From: Chiloscyllium plagiosum
Taxonomy: Eukaryota
Assembly: GCF_004010195.1 (NCBI RefSeq)
Contig: NC_057734.1
Location: 39,533,520-39,597,519 of the forward strand
Direction of reading: 5' to 3'
Length of the DNA stretch: 64,000 nucleotides
Shown: piece by piece, positions 12,855 through 26,874 of the stretch
How positions within the stretch are numbered: the stretch's first letter is position 1
Layout: every line of letters starts with the position of its first letter
The notes under the pieces: model-generated
Database searches by the model: none
What the model was told of the DNA's origin: nothing
What the model saw: the letters and a program-made list of their open reading frames with translations, nothing else
Program-made: the position numbers and the translations under genes

Positions 12855-13388
12855 GGTTTGTGAAGGTTTGTAGCTCAGGTTGAGGTTTAGGGTGTAGGTT
12901 TGCTCACTGAGCTGTAGGTTTGATATCCAGACGTTTCATTACCAAGCTAGGTAACATCATCAGTGGCGACCTCCAAGTGAAGCGAAGCTGTTGTCTCCTA
13001 CTTTCTATTTATATGTTTGTCCTGGATGGGGTTCCTGGTGTTTGTGGTGATGTCATTTCCTGTTCGTTTTCTGAGGGGTTGATAGATGGTATCTAGATCT
13101 ATGTGTTTGTTTATGGCGTTGTGGTTGGAGTGCCAGGCCTCTAGGAATTCTGTGGCATGTCTTTGCTTAGCCTGTCCCAGGATAGATGTGTTGTCCCACT
13201 CAAAATGGTGGTTTTTTTCCTCCGTGTATAGGGCTACGAGGGAGAGAGGGTCGTGTCTTTTTGTGGCTAGCTGGTGTTCGTGTATCCTGGTGGCTAACTT
13301 TCTTCCTGTTTGTCCTACGTAGTGTTTGTGGCAGTCCTTGCATGAAATTTTGTAGACGACGTTGGTTTTGTCCATGGGTTGTACTGGG
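12855..13388 (-). mobile_element. Penelope-like element (second family), GIY-YIG plus terminus with hammerhead
   Basis: ORF 12998-13375 NVVYKISCKDCHKHYVGQTGRKLATRIHEH...FLEAWHS; hammerhead at 12927-12966. Confidence 0.92.
12927..12966 (-). ncRNA. Minimal type I hammerhead ribozyme motif
   Basis: CCA-CUGAUGA-U-GUUACC(UAGCUU)GGUAAU-GAAAC-GUC-UGG: stem I CCA/UGG, 6-bp stem II, palindromic ACGU at stem III. Confidence 0.75.
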
Positions 13389-13699
13389 ACGTCAGCACTG
13401 ATTGTTCTGCAGGTTTGCTTTTAAATATATTTTGTATAAGCCGAAGATCTTTCCAACTGCTTTCAATATCAAACATTTCCCCCTCAAATCTCTGTATTTA
13501 AAAGTTTTAGGTGTGCTGGTGTAATGTTCTGGGCAGATTGAGGTTGTCTAACCCAAGTCATCGATTGCACTGTCAATATTAGAGGCTATAACAGAGGGTC
13601 CAGGCAGTGTATCCCTGACCTCTGAGTTTAAGTTTCCCATCTGTACACATGCATGTGTGTGCATGTCAGGACTTCCTCTAGATCCCAACTCACAACAAT

Positions 13700-14872
13700 G
13701 GCAAAAGATGTGATCTATATGGATTTCAGTAAGACATTCGACAAGATTCCCCATGGGAGACTGATTAGCAAAGTTAGATCTCACGGAACACAGGGAGACC
13801 TAGCCATTTGGATACAGAACTGGCTCAAAGGGTGGTGGTGGAGGATTGTTTTTCAGACTGAAGGCCTGTGACCATTGAAGAGCCACAAGGATCGGTGCTG
13901 GGTCCTCTACTTTTTGTCATTTACATAAATGATTTGGATGCGAGCATAAGAGGTACAGTTAGTAAGTTTGCAGATGACACCAAAATTGGAGGTGTAGTGG
14001 ACAGCGAAGAGGGTTACCTCAGATTATAACAGGATCTTGATCAGACGGGCCAATGGGCTAAGAAATGGCAGATGGAGTTTAATTCAGATAATTGCGAGGT
14101 GCTGCATTTTGGGAAAGCAAATCTCAGCAGGATGTATACACTTAATGTTAAAGTCCTAGGGAGTGTTGCTGAACAAAGAGACCTTGGAGTGCAGGTTCAT
14201 AGCTCCTTGAAAGTGGAGTCACAGATAGATATGATAGTGAAGAAGGCGTTTAGTATGCTTTTGTTTATTGGTCAGAGTACTGAGTACAGGAGTTGGGAGG
14301 TCATGTTGCGGCTGTACAGGACATTGGTTAGGCCACTGTTAGAATATTGCATGCAATTCTGGTCTCCTTCCTATTGGAAAGATGTTGTGAAACTGGAAAT
14401 GGTTCAGAAAAGATTTACAAGGATGTTGCCAAGGTTGGAGGATTTGAGCTATAGGGAGAGGTTGAATAGGCTGAGGCTGTTTTCACTGGAGCGTCGGAGG
14501 CTGAGAGGTGACCTTATGGAGGTTTACAAAATTATGAGGAGCATGGAAAGGATAAATAGACAAAGTCTTTTCCCTTCCCTAAACTAGAGGGCATAGGTTT
14601 AGAGCGAGAGGGGAAAGATATAAAAAAGACCTAAGGGACAACATTTTCACACAGAGGGTGGTATGAGTATGGAATGAGCTGCCAGAGGAAGTGGTACAAT
14701 TGCAACATTTAAAAGGCATTTGGATGGGTATATGAATAGGAAGGGTTTGGAGGGATATGGGCCGGGTGCTGGCAGGTGGCAGGTGGGACTAGATTGGGTT
14801 GGGATATCTGGTCGGCATGGACGGGTTGGACAGAAGGGTCTGTTTCCATGCTGTACTTCTCTATGACTCTAT
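13700..14872 (+). mobile_element. CR1 LINE 3' half
   Basis: RT/C-terminal ORF 14072-14587; CTCTATGACTCTATGA tail. Confidence 0.95.
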
Positions 14873-14929
14873 GATGTCTCAACATTTGTGTATTACCCCA
14901 ATTGGAGTATTGAGTCAGCTTGGTCGGGT

Positions 14930-15240
14930 ACACCTTTGGACCAACCTGACCATGCTGACCAGATATCCTAACCTAATCTAGTCCCATTTGCCAGCACTTG
15001 GCCCATATTCGTCCAAACATTTTCAATTCATATACCCATCCAGATGCCTTTGAAATATTGTAATTGTACCAGCCTCCACCACTTCCTCTGGCAGCTCATT
15101 CTATACACACACCACCCTGTGCATGAAAAAGTTGCCCTGAAGGTCCCTTTTAAATCTTTCCCCTCTCACCCTAAACCTATGCCTTCTATTCTGGACTCCC
15201 CCATCCAGGGAAAAAACCTTGTCCGTTTACCCTATCCATG
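14930..15240 (-). mobile_element. CR1 3' fragment, inverted next to the previous copy
   Basis: Reverse complement of the CR1 3' UTR/C-terminus. Confidence 0.85.
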
Positions 15241-16662
15241 CACTGATTTCAGCTCACCTAAACAGTGTCCTTCTTAAACCCACTGTAAACCAGATATGTT
15301 TTTGTTTCCACCACTTTTCAGAGCATTAACCCCTTCTACACCTGTGGTTTGGATGGGAACTTGTAATTGACAATGTATGTATGTGCTGACAGCCCTTGCA
15401 CAAGTTTGTAGAGATCATAGAGTGAGAATGTAATATTGAAGGCACCTTGACAAGGAGGCAGCAGTTCAACTTGTAAATGGTGTATTTTGTAGCCACATGC
15501 TGCTGGTGTTGGATGGAGTGAATGTTTAAGAAACAGGGTGAAATGTCAGTCAAGCAAGTTAGTTGATCTGGATGGTGTCGAAAATTCTTGAGTGTTGTTG
15601 GAGTTACACTCATCCAGGCTGGAGAGAATTCTTTCACACTCCTAAATGCTTTGTGGCAAACAGTGGAAAGTCTTTGGATTCTCTTGTCAGGTGTGTCACT
15701 GACTCTGAGCTACTCTTGTAACCACAATGTATAAAACCGCAGTAAAACATGATGACTAACTGTTCACCAAAATAGCACAGATATGCAAAATAATTGGTAA
15801 AGTAGCCAGGAGAGGATGGGAAGTTTTCTTTTAAAAAACAGTAATTTGCAATGAGCTGGAATGCTCTGTCAGAAAATTGACAAAGCAGATTCACTAGTAG
15901 TTTTTCAAATGAGAATTTGATTTCTATGTTATTTATTTATTTGTTTATTTTGTTCATTCATTGATATTCATTTAGGCAGAGTACTTCAACAGTAACCCCC
16001 TGGATGTAGATCGGTGGGAATTGGGCAAATGTAATACTATTGCACGTCAAGGAAATACACAAAGAGAAGGCAAAATGCCGTGGATGCTGGAAATCTGTTA
16101 CCCAGCTGGTCTGGCTGCATTTGTGGAGAGAGAGTTAATGTTTCAAGTCCAGCAAAGACTTGTCCTCAGAACTCAAAATGTTAACTCTGTTTCTCTCTCC
16201 ACGGGTATTGTCAATCTTTCTGAGTTTCTCTCCAGTGCTTTTTGTTGTTGAAGGTAATCAGTCTTGGTTGGTTTGGAAGTGGTCGTTGGCTGGCTTATGT
16301 AGAATGAATGTTAATTGCCATTTTTCAACCTGATCCTTGATGTTGCAAGGGGCAAAGGCTTCTTCAGTATCGAATACATTGCCTATGTTTCATCGACAAT
16401 CATCAGTGAACATCCCCACTTCTGTCTTTACAATGGATGGAAAAATAAAGCAGTTGAAAATGGTGATTGGTCCTCATTGGTGTCATGAGGAACTCCTGCT
16501 GTGGTTCCCTGGAGTTGAGATGATTGGTGTCCAACAACCACAACAATCTTACTTGGTACTAGTTAGTTCTACAACCATTATAAATCAAAACGGTTACACA
16601 CCAGTGATCCCCTTTATTGTCTTCAGATGCAAGTTTGGTATTATATATAGAACAACAAATGT

Positions 16663-16985
16663 AGGGTGGCACAGTGGTTAGCACTGCTGCCTCAGAGCGC
16701 CAGAGACCTGGGTTCGATTCTGGCCTTGGGTGACTGTGCAATCTCCATACAGACATTCTCCCAGTGTCTGCGTGAGTTTCCTCTGGGTGCCCTGGTTTCC
16801 TCCCACATTCCAGAAGATGTGCAGACCAGGTGAATTGGCCATGCTAAATTGCCCATAGTGTTAGGTGCATTAGTTAGAGGTAAATGTAGGGAAATGAGTC
16901 TGGGCAGGTTACTCTTCGGAGGGTTGGTGTGGACTTGTTGGGCTGAAGGGCCTATTTCCACACAGTAGGGAATCTAATTTAATCT
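16663..16985 (+). mobile_element. HE1/V-SINE-like tRNA SINE, near full length
   Basis: GGTGGCACAGTGGTTAGCACTGCTGCCTCA...GGGTTCGATTC (A/B boxes), TGAATTGGCCATGCTAAATTGCCC core, GGGAATCTAAT tail. Confidence 0.85.
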
Positions 16986-17903
16986 TTTTGAAAAAGAATA
17001 CTCAACATTGTCAGTTACAGAAAATCAACAGTTTTGGAGAAAAGCACTATTGAGTTGAATAACAAACCACAATTTAGGTTAGTAAGCTGCACAGCTCAAT
17101 TTGCATATGAATTACTTAGTTGATTTTTAAACCTTATTTACACCAAAAACTGGGTCTAGTAGAAATGAGCATATTTCTGCAACTTGATTTTCTTTCATTC
17201 TGATTATAAAGATTTGATTCTACATTATACGTTACTGGATGGTTGTTATTCCTCTTTGGATTGAGGTTAATGCTGATCCTGATCCAAAATTTCTAGTGGA
17301 ACTTTTGGTGGATTAAATCAATCAAGGATTTAATCCCAGAAATTACCACATTGCCAAATATAACGTATACACCATGGAAAAAAGACGACTTATTTAGTTT
17401 ATACTTTTGCTTTGAACGTCAGGCTTCAGAATTCTCAGTTGGCCAAGCAAAGATTAAATATCTGTCTCCACCACAAGATCTTGCTTTATGGGCATGGGGC
17501 AGCAGTTTACTAGAAGCAGTAAACCTTGCTTCTTTTTCCTGTCTTCCAGACAACAACCATAGACACCTGAACTCCAAGATCCAAAGTTTCGGTAAGCATT
17601 CCTTCTTCATTCATTGGTCAGCCTTGGCTTTGTGATAAGAACTATTTTTCCTCAAATGTTCAAACCACATTTAAAATAAAAATTGAGCTCTTTAATAATC
17701 TGGGCTAATGTATTCAATACAATTCCAGTCACAGACTCTTCATACATTTGAATGGGACAAAATATTGAGTAAAACATGAATTTAAATAAGGCAATGTGCT
17801 TTACTTTAATAACTTTAGTATTTTGTCTGCCCGCAGTTTGGCAAAAATTTAACTCTACTGAATTACAAATACATCATTTCCTGTCTATACACAAGACTTT
17901 CTT

Positions 17904-18343
17904 TCAGTCAGTTTTTAACTTGTCTTGCTCATCGTGATGCCTAATTCTTGAATTCAGATAGTCTGTTATTAAGTCTGAGTTCTGATACATCAACACACCC
18001 GTTAGCGTTAGCCCGATTCCAGCGTAGCTTAACGCAGTCATCTCGCTGCCAAAGAGGACTTGTGAAATGACAAGGTTTCCAACCATGTTGAGGTTGCCCA
18101 GAACATGTAGAGTGACAGCAGAGGTAAGTGTGGTGACACAAAAGCTTGCCAGGTTGTACAGGACTGAGCCTAGGCAGCTAAGAAGGATGAATATCCAAAG
18201 TTTGTTGTCATACTTGGCCGATGATTCCCATTCATTGCCACCCTCCAGCAGTAAAGCAGCTGAAATAAGGATGCAGAAACTTGGGATGGACATCAAATAG
18301 AGCAGGATGACAGAGTTGATCTTTTCTTCCTGAAGCAGAATAC
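17904..18343 (-). CDS. SLC35E4: SLC35E4 coding exon 2 (last)
   Basis: Acceptor TTTTCCAG|GT at 18344; phase-1 join gives ...IQQ-S-ILLQEEKINSVILLYLMSIPSFC...YNLASFCVTTLTSAVTLHVLGNL...; TGA at 17906-17904; total CDS 1038 nt = 345 aa. Confidence 0.93.
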
Positions 18344-19465
18344 CTGGAAAACATAGAAAATCATGAATGTTGCAATACAGGGCTCAATGTGGAATAGACA
18401 ATTTTACATTAAACACCAACAAAATATTACTAATGGAGACAAAGGGGGAGCTTGAGGCAGAGGCACTGAGGAAGTGGACAAAGGACAGAATCTGAGGCAG
18501 AAGCAAAAAAAGGGAAGTGAAAAGTTCAGTGAGTGCTGAAAAAGAGATACTTAGAACTGACTTTTCCAGCATTTTTAACGGCAAATGTAAGCCTACACTT
18601 TGGAATCTATTTCAATTTTCAAATGAACCTGAGCAGTTTCCAAAGTGTGTCTTTCAAAGATCAAGGAATTCCTCATTAAAAAGTTTCTTTGAATCACCAG
18701 TCACTGCATCTAAGCTGTACGGTGTTTCCATAGCAATGACTCAGCACAGCAAAAGTTATGTTTCCCTCAAGGCACATAAAAAGTAAGTGTGGAAAAATAT
18801 ATGCTGACTATACCCAAGTTGAGAAATGTTTTATTCAATTCAGTAACCATGAAACCAAACTGTGTGGGAGGTGCTGTGGGTGAGATCCTTCCTGAAAATC
18901 AGGACTGTAACTTCATACATAACATCTGCTTTCACTAGCTGTTGATTTGCCAGTAATGGTAACAAGTTCCTTCCTGAATGATATTCAATGATGAAAGTGA
19001 CTCAATAAATTTAAAAGCAAACATGTTTCTCATCTGTCAGTGTTGATTGTGAAATATAACTGCAATAGGACTTTGTTTGCTACAAGCAATTTTTCACAGT
19101 CAGGTCAATTAATTAAATTGTAACAATAATAAGCCCCATGCAAATAAGCAGAGCTGTTGTGTAAACAGGGATGGGACATGGATTATTGAAGACAAACCAC
19201 CTGATGAGAACAACGATTGTCAACGGCAAAGTTTATGATTCCCAATTAGTATTACTTTGTTTTGATAAGTTTCAAACTATCCTTATCCAAGAATGGGAGA
19301 TTGTGAGCAGAGGTGGAGTGGGTGAGAACATCCCTCAGAACACTGAGCCGGTCAATTTGACAAGGGGTGTCAACCAAGTCATGTTTCTTCGAGCCAGGGC
19401 TGTTCATACCCAAAGGGAAGACAACAGCACCACCACAATGCAACAACAGCCAATAAGAGAGTCAT

Positions 19466-22200
19466 AGAGATGCACAGCCCTTCGGTTCAACTTATCCATG
19501 CCAACCAGATATTCTAAACTAATCGAGTCCCATTTGCCAGTATTTGGCCCATATCCCTCTTCAAAAAACTCAAGTTACTGAGACAAGATTTCCCTCCCAA
19601 TAAGCCATGCAAACTATCCCTAATCAGTCCTTGCCTTTCCAAATACATGTAAATCCTGTTTCTCGGGATTCCCTCCAACAACATGCCCAACACCGATGTC
19701 AAGCTCACTGGTTCATAGTTCCCTGGCTTTTCCTTACCACCTTTCTTAAATAGTGGCACCACGTTAACCAACCTCCAGTCTTCCAGGACCTGTGACTATT
19801 GATGATATAAATATCTCAGGAAGGGCCCCAGCAATCACTTCTGTAGCTACCCACAGAGTTCTGGGCCACACCTGATCACGTCCTGGGAATTTATCCACCT
19901 TTATGCATTTTAAGACATCCAGCACCTCCTCCTTTGTAATATGGACATTTTTAAGATGTCACCATCAATTCCCCCACATTCTATATCTTCCATATCCTTC
20001 TCCACAGTAAACACCGATGCAAAAAACTCGTTTGGTATCTCCCCCATCTCCTGTGGCTCCACACAGCTGCTGCCTGCTGATCTTTGAAACACCCTATTCT
20101 CTCCCCAGTTACCATTTTGTCCTTAAATCTATTTATAAAATCCCTTTGAATTCTCCTTAACCCTATTTGCCAAAGCTATCTCATGTCCCCTTTTTGCCCT
20201 CCTGATTTCCCTCTTCAGTATTTTCCTACTGCCTTTATATTCTTTTAAGGATCCACTCAGTCTCTGCAGTCTATACATGACATTTGCTTCCTTCTTTTTC
20301 TTGACCAAAACCTCAATTTCTCTAGTCATCCAGAATTCCCTACACCTACTAGCCTTGCCTTTCACCCTAACAGGAACATACTGTCTCTGGACTCTTGTTC
20401 TCTCATTTTTGAAGGTTTCCCATTTTCTAGTTGCCCCTTTACCTGCGAACATCCACCCCAATCAACCTTTGAAAATTCTTGCCTCATACCATCAAAACTG
20501 GCCTCCACCAATTTAGAACTTTAACTTTTGGATCTGGTCTAACCTTTTCCATCAGTACTTTCCAACTGATAGAATTATGGTTGCTGGCCCCAACGTGCTC
20601 CCCCACTGACATCGCTGTCACTTGCCCTGCCTTATTTCAGACTAATCCCTTTCTTCACTATCACCCTAGATCCCACCTCCCCCTCCCCTTACCAGTTTAA
20701 ATGCTCCTGAGCAGCTCTCACAAATCTCCCTGCCAGTATATTGTCCCATTCCAATTCATGTACAATCCTTCCTTCTACCCCAGAAGAGATTCCAATGATC
20801 CAAAAATGTGAACATTTCTCCCCTGCACCGACTCCTCAGCCACACATTCATCTTCTCTATCCTCCTATTCCTACCCTCAGTAGCTCACAGCACTGGCAGT
20901 AATCAGATATTACTACCCTCGAGGACGTCTTTTTAAATTCCTGCCTAACTTTCTAATTTCTCCCTTCAGAATCTCATCCTTTTCCCTTCCTATGTCATTA
21001 ATTCCAATGTGCATAATTCCAATGTGCTCTTCCCACTCCCCTTTGAGAATATTCTGCACTCTCTCAGAGATATCCTTGATCCTGGCAACAGGGAGGCAAT
21101 ACACCATTTTGATTTCTTGCTGTCGACTACAAAAATGTCTGTCTGTGCCTCTTACTAGAGTGTCCCCTATTATGAACAATCACTTGGAACTGACATAACC
21201 CTCATTACATTAGAGCCATTCTCGGTATCAGAAACTTGGCTATTCATGCTACATTCTCCTGAGAATCTATTACCCCCTACGTTTTCCAAAACAACATACT
21301 TGTTTTAGATGAGGATAGCCACAGGAGACTCCTGTGCTACCTGCCTCTCTCTCCTACCGTTCCTGGAGTTAACCCATCTACCTGACTGTATCCACAGTTT
21401 TTCTCCCCTCCTATAACTGCCACCATCACACCCCTAGCTCCTGTAAATTCCTCATTGCCTCCAACAGCTGCTCCAACCAATCCATGCGAGCTGATAGGAC
21501 CTGCAACTAACGACATTGCCTGCAGACATAATCATCAGTAACATGGAAATTTTCGCTTATCACCCACATCCAACAGGAACAGCACATCACTCCATTAAAG
21601 GGCATCTTTGCTCCTTAACAATCTATACACTCAGAAAATAGCACTGTCTTACAGTGTTCCAGGCTAATTTAGCACTACGTTTTATATTTTAAAAATTTAA
21701 TCAAGAGTCAAATCTCAATAAAACATATAATCAAAAAAAGAACCCACTGTACTCGCTAGTGTAAATTTACAGCAAGGATACACTTAAATACTATGTACTA
21801 CTCTCTCGTGCTGTGAGCTCTCCCCCACAGGTTCCTCCAAGGTCAAGTGTGATTTTCGCTGTTGTTAATTTTTCTTAGATGCACTGCAATGTCCAGAGAT
21901 ACTTGAACCCAAACAGCAAAGGCAGTAGATGTGCAGATTCACTGCTGTGTCAGACAACAGTGTAGGTTTCTTTCTCGCATCATGTGGTCTCTGCCTTTGT
22001 CTCTCTTCCTCCTTTTTAAAGTGCCACTGTTTGGATCTATTCTCACCCAAAGTTTCAAAACAATGTAACAGCTTATAAAACAGTAATTACCGCTCCTGAA
22101 ATTCAAGGAAATCATCTTCAACACCTAAAATACCTCAAAAAAAAAAGGAGCGACTGCTACAGCCACAACTTTTTCCCATCCTCTATCTTGGATTACCCAG
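19466..22200 (-). mobile_element. Internally deleted CR1 with ORF1 esterase (SGNH-like) remnant and 5' region
   Basis: ORF 20913-21179 IIGDTLVRGTDRHFC...CLP.ARIKDISER...HIGINDIG (GDS..GTND-like blocks); ORF2 pieces at 19514-20461; CR1 tail at about 19466. Confidence 0.85.
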
Positions 22201-22452
22201 AATCCAATGGGATGTATCTGTAGAAGAACAGGAGCTTCCGGAAGTCTAGCAGACTATACCAAAAAATGTTTCTGAGACAAGGAGACGATTATCTTGGAAT
22301 CACCATCCCGCTGAGAGACTGATCGTGACAACATAGACAATGAAAGGTCATTTTCTTTTTCATGTTAGCTGCAATGCCTGTATAACAGTCATGTGTTATC
22401 TGAATATTATATTTCATTATGGGGAGTCATGAAATAAGGGGTGGGGGAGGGG

Positions 22453-22644
22453 TGTTATATAAGTAGTTGGGTATGAGTTGCCCCTTTAAGAGAGTGAACC
22501 AGGTGACCCAGAGGCAGGAGCTGGGGAGTAAGTCTAAAATCTGACTGTGGAGCTGAGGACCCACAATAAAGTATCCCCTGTTTAAGTTTATTGTCTGCCT
22601 GTGTTGTGTTCTATTTACATTTCTAGTGGATTACAAACATAATA
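22453..22644 (+). mobile_element. Possible short solo LTR
   Basis: Begins TGTTAT, contains CCTTTAAG and AATAAA, ends near ACATAATA; no clear TSD. Confidence 0.35.
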
Positions 22645-23624
22645 CTTCTTTAAATATCTTAAAATAGTGGTCATAGACAGGCATTAACCATTCCAGTCAT
22701 TAAAATGGTCATGTTTCACATTTGTGATGACTTGTGGAAAAGTGTGGGTTCATTTCTAATGTACTAATTCCACAAAGATGAAGAAGTGAATGTAGAGAAA
22801 ACATTGCGCTAGGACAGGAATGAATTAGCTGTGTAGTATGGAGTACTTTAGTAGATTTCAAGCCAGTTAGACTGATCAAAATCAAAGTTTATATGCTTTT
22901 TTCTTTTGAGGAGAGAGTGTTTATCAACTCCCTCTGTCTTTTCTCCCTCATTCCACATACAGTATTACAGGTGTTTCCTATATATGTGTGTATGTAAGTA
23001 AAGTTGCTATATTCCCACAAGATCACAGAGCGATTCTCTCACTAGAAAGAGAAAGAGAGAGAGACAGACATTGGTGAGGTTGAGAAGGCAGGATTTTCAT
23101 GGTAGTCTCAGCTAGTAGAGGATGTGCACAGACAATTAATAATCACTACCTGTTTATTCTTAACCCACAAAAAGACATTATCAATGTGATTAACGAGACA
23201 GACACATGAAGAACTTTGACCAGGCGCAGGAAATAGAGGCACCAGACAGTATTTTTATTAATTGTCACTGCCTTCAGGAGATATAGGAAGAAAGTTGAAA
23301 AAAAAGTGTTGCTCTGAAAGAGTGCTTGTTTGTTGTTGATGGGTGATTAGATGAGATTCAGCACACTAAATGACTAATATTTATTTCCTGACCAATATTT
23401 ATTTATAAGAACATACAATTCGAATGAGTGTGCTCTAAATATACTCACTGAATATCAAATCTCTGCCAGAGGGAAAGTGACCTTACGTCATGTGATTACT
23501 TTGAATCACAGACTATGTATAGGTTGGTTAAAGTTGCAGCAGTACAGATTCTAATGCATGGCATGAGTGAGTAGGAAAGAAACTATTTGCAACAATAATC
23601 ACACACTCAGTTGCTATTCAGTTA

Positions 23625-24510
23625 GAGAGTTGTACAGCATGGAAATAGCCCACCAGGTATCCTAAATTAATATAGTCCCATTTGCCAGCATTTAACCCGA
23701 ATCCCCCTAAACCCTTCCAAATATTTCCTATTCATATACCCATCCAGATGTCTTTTAAATTCTGTTATTTACCAGTCTTCACCACTTCCTCTGGTAGCTC
23801 ATTCCACACACAAACCACCCTCTGTGTGAAAAAGTTGCTCATTAGGTCCCTTTTACATCTTTTCCCTTCTCACCTTAAAACAATGCTGTCTAGTTTCCCC
23901 TACCTTGGGAAAAGACCTTGCCTTTTCACCCTATCAATGCCCCTCATGATTTTATAAAACTTTTTCTGTTGTACTCTGAGATAACCTTCTTCACTGTTTG
24001 CTACACCACCAATTTTGGTGTCAACTTACTAACCATTCCTCCTATGTTCACATCAAAATTATTTATACAAATGACAAAAAGCAGTGTACTCCGCATCAAT
24101 CCTTGTGAGACACCACTGGCTGTCAATCCAAAAAACAATCCTCCACCATCTGTTATTGTGTTAGCTGCTGCAGCTTACTGAATTAAGATGGGAAATGTTG
24201 AACTAGGTAAACAGTAGTCAGCCTTCCAAGACCACAAGGTGACATTACAATAATGCTAGAAAATAACATTCAAAATATTTTGCTTTCCATTTAACAGTAA
24301 TGATAGAGTCATAGAGATGTACAGCATGGAAACAGACCCTCTATAAGGTCACCCCTCAGCCTCCGATGCTCCAGGGAAAACAGCCTCTGCCTGTTAAGCC
24401 TCTCCCAATAGCTCAAATCCTCCAACCCTGGCAACATCCTTGTAAATCTTTTCTGAACCCTTTCAAGTTTCACAACATCTTTCACATAGGAAGGAGACCA
24501 GAATTGCACG
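23625..24510 (-). mobile_element. Two CR1 3' fragments
   Basis: Reverse-complement CR1 tails at about 23625 and 24303; QFWSPSY..KLERVQKRF. Confidence 0.85.
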
Positions 24511-25934
24511 CAAATATGTAATTTGCAATTTCATCTTGGGATATATAACTCCAGAATCTGTTGGGAAAATAACTTAAAAGTTTAATGGGGACATTTATAT
24601 TCATGTGTAAATAGCTCAGCAATTTTATTGCAAAGAAATATACACAAATCTGCAAATAACCCAAAATTGATAGATGATCCATACCATTCTGAAAAACTGA
24701 CGCTTGCCAACAATCTCCCCACAAATTTCAAAGATTGCTGTGTTACTGAACTGGCAAAACATATTGCATCAGCCACAGAATGTTAAGGGTCATGTTTGAC
24801 TATATAAGATTCCTGTTAACAATAGGATTTACATTACTGCAATGATACTCAACCAGAAAGAACTAAAAATTATGGATTGATGTTCCTACTGATAATAAAA
24901 AGGTATTCAAAGTACAGACTTAAATCATACAGGATAGTTACACCCATTTTCTTCTACTACCATGATGTTATCGAAATAACTGGAACTACTCAATCTTTCA
25001 TTTTCTACTTTGGTCTTTTCTAAATAAGTTGTGCGTTGAATGTTTAATTCCTGGTCCTGATTTTTCTGTAGTCATGTCTCAGTCAGTTTCCAACCTGATC
25101 AGCTTGTATGAATCAACCATGTCAGACTTATGTGTCCAGGCTTTTGATTCAAAGCCAGTTTCTGACGGATGGAAAGAGCTGATCCCATATCTAAATTAAA
25201 AATGAGAGAAAGATGGAAAGACAGGCTTTTCAAAGGTGAGGATATGATATGCTTAGTAAATCAAAGGTAAGTTGTATTAACTGAGTAAAAGTAATATTAA
25301 AAGAATGAAATAAGACAGAAAATGGAGAGAGGAAGAAGGGGAAGTATGTTTGGCTTTATGATTCTAATATTCAAATATTTAAAATACAATTTTATACATA
25401 TATGCCTTTTATTTTGTAGCTAACAGTTAAAATGCCTTAACGAGAGCTACTTCAAACAATGAAGCAGTGTTATCGTGTTGCATTAATATTCATAACAGTA
25501 TTACAGAATGTCAGACCCAGGGACAAATTTAGCAGTATGACATTTAAAATAGACAAAGCAGGAAGGAAACAATTAGATTAATAGTGTGCTTATTTTTAGC
25601 TGATGTTAAAAATTCACACAACTGAAAATTTGTGTGAAAGTATTAACAACTGTGAGTAGATATTACAAGAGCATCCAGCAGTCAATGAGAAGCAACTACT
25701 CCATGAATGGAGCTTTAAAACACTGATATCCTCCATAACAAAATTCAAAAAGATGATCTTTTAAAATTACATGATGGGATTTTACAGTGGCAGTGACCCC
25801 ATTTGGCAGCACAAAGGTCAGTTCACAACCAGCCTCACAGTTGTCCCAACTTTATTTTATGTTCATACCTGCTGTAGTTGGGGGCCTCTTTTATAAAAAG
25901 AGCTGCCCCCAAGGAACTGCTAACCAATTCAAGG

Positions 25935-26470
25935 GACACTGGTGAGGCTACTTTTAGAATACTGTGCTAGAGAAAAGATTATATTAAATTTGAAAGGGTT
26001 CAGAAAAGGTTTCCAAGGATGTCTTCAGGATTGCTAGGTTTGAGCTATAGGGGGAGGCTGAATAGGTTGGGGCTGTTTTCCCTGGAGCCCCGGAGGCTGA
26101 GGGATGACGTTTTAGAGGTTCATAAAATCATTAGGGGCCTGGATAGGGTACATAGACAAGGTCTTTTTCCCAGAGTAGGAGAATCCAAAACTAAAGAGCA
26201 TAGGTTAAAGGTGAGAAGGGAAAGATTTAAAAGGGACCGAAGGGGCAATATTTTCACACAGAGGGTTGTGTGTATGGAATGAGCTGCAAAAGGAGATGGA
26301 TACAATTACAACACTTAAAAGGCAACTGGCTGGGTACATGAATAGGAAGGGTTTAGAGACATAAGGGCCAAAAGCTGGCAAATGGAACTAGATCATTTTA
26401 GGATATCTGGTCAGAATGGATAAGTTGGACTGATGGGACTGTTTCTGTGTTGTATAATTCAATGACTCTC
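25935..26470 (+). mobile_element. CR1 3' fragment
   Basis: RLNRLGLFSLE..RRLR motif and CR1 3' UTR. Confidence 0.9.
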
Positions 26471-26874
26471 CGACTTATACAACCTGCAAACTACTGAGGT
26501 CTTTTTCACAACATGCCTTCCTCTGCATTTTTGTCTCATCTGCAAATTTAGCTACAATGTTATTGCTCCACTCATCTAAGAATTTTATTTAAATTGTAAG
26601 ATGTTGAGACATGAACACAAACCCTTGCAGGACTCTACACATAACATCCTGCAAATCAGACAAGGACCCAATAATGCATACTCTTGGTTTTCCTGCCAAC
26701 CAGCCAATCTTCTATCTATGCTAATATGTTAATCCCTACACTGTGAGCTCTTATTTTCTGCAGTAATCTTTTATGTGCCAACTTATCAAATGCCTTGTGC
26801 AAATACAAATACTGTACATTACATCCTCCCCTTTATACAGTTTAATACTGCATCCCCTGGGAGATTTTCCTTTC

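Noticed and set aside
16663-16740. tRNA gene-like A/B boxes
   Set aside because: They are SINE heads followed by SINE body and tail, with no complete cloverleaf
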